The notes under the pieces are model-generated. The model was not told where the DNA came from. It was given only the letters and a program-made list of their open reading frames with translations, and made no database searches. A DNA stretch of 64,000 nt from Alphaproteobacteria bacterium (lineage in GTDB: Bacteria > Pseudomonadota > Alphaproteobacteria > Bin95), in NCBI GenBank assembly GCA_965205265.1, contig CBDBGH010000003.1:2912001-2976000 (forward strand), in the 5' to 3' direction. Shown in pieces: positions 58,362 to 64,000 of the stretch. How positions within the stretch are numbered: the first letter of the stretch is position 1; each line of letters opens with the position of its first letter. The position numbers were made by a program, and so were the translations under genes.

Positions 58362-58907
58362 TCAGTCGAGCGGGAAGGCGTCGAGCCAGGGCCGGTAGTC
58401 CGGCTCGACATCCACCTCCAGCGTCTCCAGGAGGCGCACCACGCCGCAATAGAACGCCACCACGAGCACGAGATCGACGGTGCGCGCCGTGCCGAGCTCC
58501 CGCTCCAGGAAGGCGAAGGTCTCCCCCGACATGGCGGGGCCTTCGGTCATCTCGCGCGCGCCTTTCAGCACCGCCGTCTCGACCGGTCCGAGGCCGCCCG
58601 GCTCGCCCCGCGTCTCCGCCCGGACGGCGCGGATATCGTCGTCGCTCAGGCCGAAATCCTTCCCGATCTTGATGTGGTGGCTGTACTCGTACTCGGACCT
58701 CGCCAGGCAACCGACCTGCAGGATGGCGAGTTCGCGCAGGCGCGGATCGAGCTTGCACTGCCAGCGGATCCAGCTTCCCAGGCTCCCGAACGCCCTCGCG
58801 CCTTCCGGGCTGTGGGCGAGCGCCTTGTTGAGGTTGATCGGCCGCGCGAGCACATCGCGGTCTTCCGGCGCGAGGTCGGCTTCTTCCAGCAGGGGAATGC
58901 GGGCCAT
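58362..58907 (-). CDS. carboxymuconolactone decarboxylase family protein
   Basis: LAHSP, LDPRLRELAILQVG, YEYSHH, VAFY. Confidence 0.88.
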   Translation of the reverse strand: MARIPLLEEADLAPEDRDVLARPINLNKALAHSPEGARAFGSLGSWIRWQCKLDPRLRELAILQVGCLARSEYEYSHHIKIGKDFGLSDDDIRAVRAETRGEPGGLGPVETAVLKGAREMTEGPAMSGETFAFLERELGTARTVDLVLVVAFYCGVVRLLETLEVDVEPDYRPWLDAFPLD

Positions 58908-59704
58908 CAGACGGTATCCCTTTCCGGACCGCGCACGGAAGCGCCGCCATCCACCACGAGCGTGTGCCCGGTGATCCACCGGGAGCGGTCCGAGAGCAGG
59001 AAGCGCACCGCCTCGCCGATGTCCCAGCCGGTGCCCTCGGTCTTGAGCAGCGAGGCGTCGGCGCGCGCCCGGCGGGCGGTCCTGCTCATGCCCGGCCCGC
59101 GTCGATAGACCATCGGCGTATAGACCGGCCCCGGCGCCACGCAATTGACCCGCACCCCCTCGCCGCCGTGGTCCACCGCCATCGCGCGCGTCAGCGCAAT
59201 CACGGCGCCCTTCGAGGCCGAGTAGGCGGTAAGGCCGCGCGGCCGCAGCGCCGAGATCGAGGACACATTGACCACCGCTCCCCCGCCCGCCGTGCGGACC
59301 ATCGCCGGAATGGCGTGTTTGGCGGCGAGGAACATGCCCTTCACATTCACCTCCATCACCCGCTCCCAGGCTTCCTCGGTCTCCTCGACCACGGAGCCGC
59401 GCGAGGAGATGCCGACATTGTTGTCGAGCCCGTCGAGCCGCCCGAACCGTTCCAGCGTCGCGGCCACCATGGCGGCGCAGTCCTCGTCGCGGGTGATGTC
59501 TGCGGCGCAGGCCGCCGCCTCGCCGCCGCGTTCGGTAATCATCTCGACCGTGCGCTGGGCCAGGGCGAGGTCCCGGTCCGCGCACATGATGCGCGCGCCC
59601 GCCTCCGCCATCAGGATCGCCGCCGCGCGGCCGTTGCCGATGCCGTCGGGATCGACGGCCCCCGCCCCCGCCACGAGAACGACCTTTCCCTCCATCTCCG
59701 CCAT
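58907..59704 (-). CDS. SDR family oxidoreductase
   Basis: GIGNGRA, NNVG, YSASK, VDGG. Confidence 0.93.
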   Translation of the reverse strand: MAEMEGKVVLVAGAGAVDPDGIGNGRAAAILMAEAGARIMCADRDLALAQRTVEMITERGGEAAACAADITRDEDCAAMVAATLERFGRLDGLDNNVGISSRGSVVEETEEAWERVMEVNVKGMFLAAKHAIPAMVRTAGGGAVVNVSSISALRPRGLTAYSASKGAVIALTRAMAVDHGGEGVRVNCVAPGPVYTPMVYRRGPGMSRTARRARADASLLKTEGTGWDIGEAVRFLLSDRSRWITGHTLVVDGGASVRGPERDTV

Positions 59705-59743
59705 GAGAGCCCCTCTCCCGATTCGCCCCGTTGTTCGCCGCCT

Positions 59744-60904
59744 TTACTTGTAGGGATCGGCGGCGTCGCGCAAGCCGTCGCCGAGGAAGTTGAAGGCGAG
59801 CACCGTCACCACGACCGGCACGACCGGCAGCATAAGCCACGGATACAGCACCACGACATTCATGTTCTGCGCCTCCGTCAGCAGCACCCCCCAGCTCGTG
59901 ACCGGCGGCCGGAGGCCGAGCCCGAGATAGCTGAGCGCCGTTTCGCCGAGGATCATGGACGGGATCGAGAGAGTTGCGGACGCGATGATGTGGCTCGCGA
60001 AGCCGGGCAGGAGGTGGCGCGCGATGATGCGGCCGGGCCTGGCGCCCATAAGCTGCGCGGCGGTGCAGAAATCCTCCTCGCGGAGCGCCAGCAGCTTGGA
60101 GCGCACGGCGCGCGCAAGCCCGGTCCAGTCGAGCAGGCCCAGAATCACGGTGATGCCGAAAAAGACCAGCACCGGCGACCAGGTGACCGGGAGCGCGGCC
60201 GAGAGCGCCATCCAGAGCGGCAGCTCCGGGAAGGAGCGCACGATCTCGATGATCCGCTGCGAGAGGCTGTCCACCCAGCCGCCGTAATAGCCGGCGAGCC
60301 CGCCTATGACGATGCCGAGCGCAAAGGAAATGAAGATGCCGAACAGGCCCACGGTGAGCGAGATGCGCGCGCCGTAGACGATGCGCGAGAGCACGTCCCG
60401 CCCGAGCCGGTCGGTGCCGAGCAGGAACAGCGTCGCGCCGTCCCGGTCCGCGGCGCAGACGAGATGCAGGTCCGCCTCGAACAGGCCCCAGAAGCGGTAG
60501 TCGTCGCCGCGGCAGAAGAAGCGCAGCGGATAGACCTTTTCCGGGTCCTCGACATAGACGCGCTTCAGCTGCGCGAGGTCGAGCGAGCGGGAATAGCCAT
60601 AGACGAACGGCCCGATGAACTCGCCCTCATGGAAGAGGTGGACCGCCTGGGGCGGCGCATGGATATGGCGGATGTCGCGGCTGTGCAGGTTGTAGGGCGC
60701 AAGAAATTCGGAGATGAGGACCGAGGCGTAGAGCAGGAGCAGCACGATGCCGGAGGCGACGGCGAGCTTGTGGCGTTTCAGCTTCCACCACATCAACTGC
60801 CATTGCGTCGCGAGGTAATAGCGCTCCTGTTCGGGCGTCAGCGCCTCGACCGCGTGCGGGTCCCAGGGCGCGGTATCGACGAAATGTTCGGGCCGGTCGT
60901 TCAT
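59744..60904 (-). CDS. peptide-type ABC transporter permease (DppC-like)
   Basis: LGTDRLGRD, ETALSYLGLG, NFLGDGLRDA. Confidence 0.95.
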   Translation of the reverse strand: MNDRPEHFVDTAPWDPHAVEALTPEQERYYLATQWQLMWWKLKRHKLAVASGIVLLLLYASVLISEFLAPYNLHSRDIRHIHAPPQAVHLFHEGEFIGPFVYGYSRSLDLAQLKRVYVEDPEKVYPLRFFCRGDDYRFWGLFEADLHLVCAADRDGATLFLLGTDRLGRDVLSRIVYGARISLTVGLFGIFISFALGIVIGGLAGYYGGWVDSLSQRIIEIVRSFPELPLWMALSAALPVTWSPVLVFFGITVILGLLDWTGLARAVRSKLLALREEDFCTAAQLMGARPGRIIARHLLPGFASHIIASATLSIPSMILGETALSYLGLGLRPPVTSWGVLLTEAQNMNVVVLYPWLMLPVVPVVVTVLAFNFLGDGLRDAADPYK

Positions 60905-61899
60905 CGCTGGGCGCGGCCCCCGAGCCGGATGCGCGGGTCGAGCAGGGCAAGCGCCAGGTCGGAGAGCAGCATGCCAACGATGGTGAGCACGGAGAGGAAC
61001 ATCAGGAACGAGCCGGCGAGATACATGTCCTGGCTGCGCAGCGCGTCGATCAGCATCGGCCCCGTGGTCGGCAGGCTCATCACCATCGCCACGACCGCAG
61101 ACCCGGAGACGATCTGCGGCAGCATGTTGCCGATGTCGGCCACGAAGGGGTTGAGCGACATCCGCACCGGGTATTTCAGCAGGAGGCGCAGATTGGGCAG
61201 CCCTTTGGCGCGGCCGGTCACCACATACTGCTTCTGCAGCTCGTCCAGCAGGTTGGCGCGGAGGCGGCGGATCATGCCGGCCGTGCCGGCCGTGCCGATC
61301 ACCACCACCGGCACGATCAGGTGCTCCGCTATCGAGACCGTCTTCGCCCAGGACATGGGTTGCTCGGCATATTGCGGGTCCATCATCCCGCCGATGGAGA
61401 TGCCGAACTCGATCCGCAGGAAATACATGAGCACGAGCGCGAGGAGGAAATTCGGCGTGGCGAGGCCGATAAAGCCGAGAAATGTGAGGCCGTGGTCGCC
61501 CCAGGAATACTGGTGCGTCGCGGAGTAGAAGCCGATCGGGAAGGCGACGACCCAGATGAAGATGACGGTCGAGAAGTTGAGCAGCAGCGAGAGCCAGAGC
61601 CGGTCCCCCACCACGTCGGAGACCGGCAGGTCGTATTCGAAGGAATAGCCGAAATCGCCCTGGAACATGCCGAGGACCCAGAAGACATATTGCTTCCAGA
61701 GCGGCTGATCGAGGCCGTATTGCTTGCGCAGGAACTCGATCTTGCCGCTGTCCGCCGCCTCGCCCTGGGACTGCAGCTCGGCGATGTAGGTGGTGAGGTA
61801 GTCGCCCGGCGGAAGCTGGATGATGACGAAGATGATGGCGCTCACGACCGCGAGCGTCGGGACCGCGATGAACAGGCGCCGGAAGATGTAGGTGAGCAT
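60901..61899 (-). CDS. peptide-type ABC transporter permease (DppB-like)
   Basis: LPPGD, GDFGYS, YVVTGRAKG, LDPRIR. Confidence 0.95.
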   Translation of the reverse strand: MLTYIFRRLFIAVPTLAVVSAIIFVIIQLPPGDYLTTYIAELQSQGEAADSGKIEFLRKQYGLDQPLWKQYVFWVLGMFQGDFGYSFEYDLPVSDVVGDRLWLSLLLNFSTVIFIWVVAFPIGFYSATHQYSWGDHGLTFLGFIGLATPNFLLALVLMYFLRIEFGISIGGMMDPQYAEQPMSWAKTVSIAEHLIVPVVVIGTAGTAGMIRRLRANLLDELQKQYVVTGRAKGLPNLRLLLKYPVRMSLNPFVADIGNMLPQIVSGSAVVAMVMSLPTTGPMLIDALRSQDMYLAGSFLMFLSVLTIVGMLLSDLALALLDPRIRLGGRAQR

Positions 61900-61915
61900 C
61901 CTTCCCGTCCCGCCG

Positions 61916-63790
61916 TCAGTTCGCCAGCCAGAACCGGTCGGGGCGGAATATGCCGAAATGCGCCCCCGGCTCCCAGTTGTAATAGCCTTCTTCCGGCACG
62001 CCCCTCAGGCGGTCGGACACGACCACGGGCTGGCGGATCCCGCCGACGATTCCCAGCATGAACACTTCCTCGGCGTGAATCTCCAGCATCTCGCGCCAGA
62101 TGCGCCGGCGCTCCTGCGAATCGCGGGCATGGCGCCAGGCCTCGTTCAGCGCGTAGAGCCGCTGCGGCGCTTCCATATCGACCGGTTCGCCCGCCGCGCC
62201 CCGGGTCTCGTGATACTGGCCCCATTTCGGCCATTGCAGTTGTTGCTGGCTGGTGGGGGCGAGCTCGGCCGGGCTCATATCGGCCGAGGCGAGCCCGTTT
62301 TCCCAGCCCGACCAGACCGACATGAGCGCCTGGCCGGAGAAGATGCGGTTGCGCAGCAGTTCGCGCTGGAGCGGCTTGGTGTGCAGCGCGATCCCCAGCT
62401 TCCGCCAGCTGTCGCGGACGAGTTCGAGTATGTCCGTCTCTTCCGTGCTCTCGCCGGCAGTCTCGACGATCAGTTCCGCCGGGCGGCCGTCGGGCAGCAG
62501 GCGGAGCCCGTCCTCGCCCCATCGGAGCCCCGCCTCGTCCAGCAGGACGTTCGCCGCATCGGGATCGTGGGCCGCCCAGCGCTGGCGGACCGCCTCGTCG
62601 TAGAGCGGGCTTCCCGGAAGCAGGCTGTTGTTGCCGGTGAGCGCGAGCCCGAAATAGATGACCTCGTTGACCTCCTCCCGGTAGAGGCCGAGCGACAGCG
62701 CCCGGCGCACCCGGCGGTCCCGGAACAGGGACCGCCAGACGGGGTCGGCGGCGTTCAGGTTGGGATAGAGCGCCGCATGCGCGCCCTTGCCCGTGCGCCA
62801 GAGGCGGACCTTGTAGCCGCCCGGCTCCTCGCCGCGCTTCAGGAAGGTCACATTGTCGAACCTGAGATAGCGCGCCTGGAGGTCGCTGGCGCCGGCGGCG
62901 GTCTTCGCCGGGATAAGCCCGCTCGCGGCAATGTTCATCACCACGCGGTCGATATAGGGAAGCTGGCGGCCGCCGGCGTCCACGCGATGGTAAAAGGGGT
63001 TGCGGGCAAAGAGGAAGCGGTCCGACGGCGGGCGGGTCAACGGAACCCAGGGCTGCAGGGTCGGCAGGTCCGGATTGTCGTTCTTGTACTGGCTGTCGAG
63101 CTTGTTATGCAGCGCGGCCCAGCTTCGCCGGCGCGCCTCCTCCACGGCCCGGGCCAGCGCTTCGGGCAGCGCATGGGCGGCGTGGAAGCGCTTCAGGTAG
63201 TGCGCCGGGCGGTAGATATAGAGCGGCCGCGCCCCAGCAAGTGCGGGCAGGAAACCCGGATTCGGCGCCTCCCAGCTGTAGCGGACCGTCGTTTCGCCCA
63301 GCACTTCGAAGAGAGGCGGTTCGCCTTCGACAAGCATCGCCGCCGGCGGTCCCGTCGGCGAGAGTTCCTCGTTGTTGGCGACATCCTCCCACCAGTAGCG
63401 GAAGTCCTCGGCGGTGAAGGGATGGCCGTCCGACCATTTGTGGCCCGGCCGGAGATGCAGCGTGAAGATGCGGCCGTCCCGGACTTCCACACGCTCCAGA
63501 ATGTCCGGCTCCAGCACGAGCTCCGGCGTGTAGCACAGGAGCCGCGCATAGCCGTAAACAACCAGCTGGCGCGTGTCCTTGGCCTTGGCCATCAGCACGC
63601 GCAGGTCTCCGCCATGCCGGCCGGGCCCGGCTTTCCCGTCGAGATGCGGGACGGCCGGCAGGCGCTGCTCGACTGGAGGCAGCATCCCGGCGCGGACACG
63701 CTCGGCGAGAGACGGCGTTTCGACAGGAGCGGCCAGGGACGCGCCCGCAAACAGGGCGAGCGGCGCCAACAGGACCGCCAGCGGCCTCAC
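61916..63790 (-). CDS. ABC transporter substrate-binding protein (family 5)
   Basis: Signal peptide, LPPVEQRLP, KWSDGHPFTAED, QLPYID. Confidence 0.94.
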   Translation of the reverse strand: MRPLAVLLAPLALFAGASLAAPVETPSLAERVRAGMLPPVEQRLPAVPHLDGKAGPGRHGGDLRVLMAKAKDTRQLVVYGYARLLCYTPELVLEPDILERVEVRDGRIFTLHLRPGHKWSDGHPFTAEDFRYWWEDVANNEELSPTGPPAAMLVEGEPPLFEVLGETTVRYSWEAPNPGFLPALAGARPLYIYRPAHYLKRFHAAHALPEALARAVEEARRRSWAALHNKLDSQYKNDNPDLPTLQPWVPLTRPPSDRFLFARNPFYHRVDAGGRQLPYIDRVVMNIAASGLIPAKTAAGASDLQARYLRFDNVTFLKRGEEPGGYKVRLWRTGKGAHAALYPNLNAADPVWRSLFRDRRVRRALSLGLYREEVNEVIYFGLALTGNNSLLPGSPLYDEAVRQRWAAHDPDAANVLLDEAGLRWGEDGLRLLPDGRPAELIVETAGESTEETDILELVRDSWRKLGIALHTKPLQRELLRNRIFSGQALMSVWSGWENGLASADMSPAELAPTSQQQLQWPKWGQYHETRGAAGEPVDMEAPQRLYALNEAWRHARDSQERRRIWREMLEIHAEEVFMLGIVGGIRQPVVVSDRLRGVPEEGYYNWEPGAHFGIFRPDRFWLAN

Positions 63791-64000
63791 GCGGCGAGCC
63801 CGCCGGGCGCGGCGTCTTCCCGGAGGCGGACGAAATGCCCGTCCTCGATCTCCTCGAACACGCCTCTGGCGCCGCCGGCAAGCCGATAGGGGCCGGGCCA
63901 GAGTTCCGGCTTCGAGGCGCGCTCGTCGGCGAGCGCCTTGAAGTCCAGCGGATAGTCGAGGTCGGGCTCCGGCACGGCGGACAGCAGCGCCTCGGTATAG
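63787..64000 (-). CDS. ABC transporter ATP-binding protein, C-terminal part
   Basis: YTEALLSAVPEPD, typical OppD/F C-terminus; runs off right edge. Confidence 0.8.
   Translation of the reverse strand, partial: YTEALLSAVPEPDLDYPLDFKALADERASKPELWPGPYRLAGGARGVFEEIEDGHFVRLREDAAPGGLAA

Overview
High-GC alphaproteobacterial chromosome segment; Rhodospirillales-like and probably marine by gene content (inference). It is mostly housekeeping and catabolic genes: secG-pyrG-kdsA-eno, two RND systems, rpmG, dinB, glnS, hsp20, mnmE, pgk, cobB, rpe, groESL, ctaA, a peptide-type ABC transporter, tRNA-Arg(TCT), tRNA-Pro(TGG) and two type II TA pairs. No CRISPR, rRNA, integrase or transposase was seen. Signals not explained by the ORF track: (1) an unannotated 0.5-0.8 kb intergenic element in two diverged, inverted copies (14.3-15.1 kb + and 27.06-27.58 kb -), each with its own sigma70-type promoter, a perfect palindrome, a 111-bp conserved core, a 15-codon mini-ORF (three copies in total) and CATGACA boxes spaced exactly 10 bp apart; (2) an AhpD-like selenoprotein (CxxU plus SECIS-like hairpin) that the ORF track splits in two; (3) a dsyB-like DMSP-synthesis methyltransferase; (4) two MITEs, one inserted with a 9-bp duplication into a REP-like hairpin and itself carrying a REP doublet; (5) an amber-interrupted RND permease. 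All family calls come from motif recognition, not database searches.
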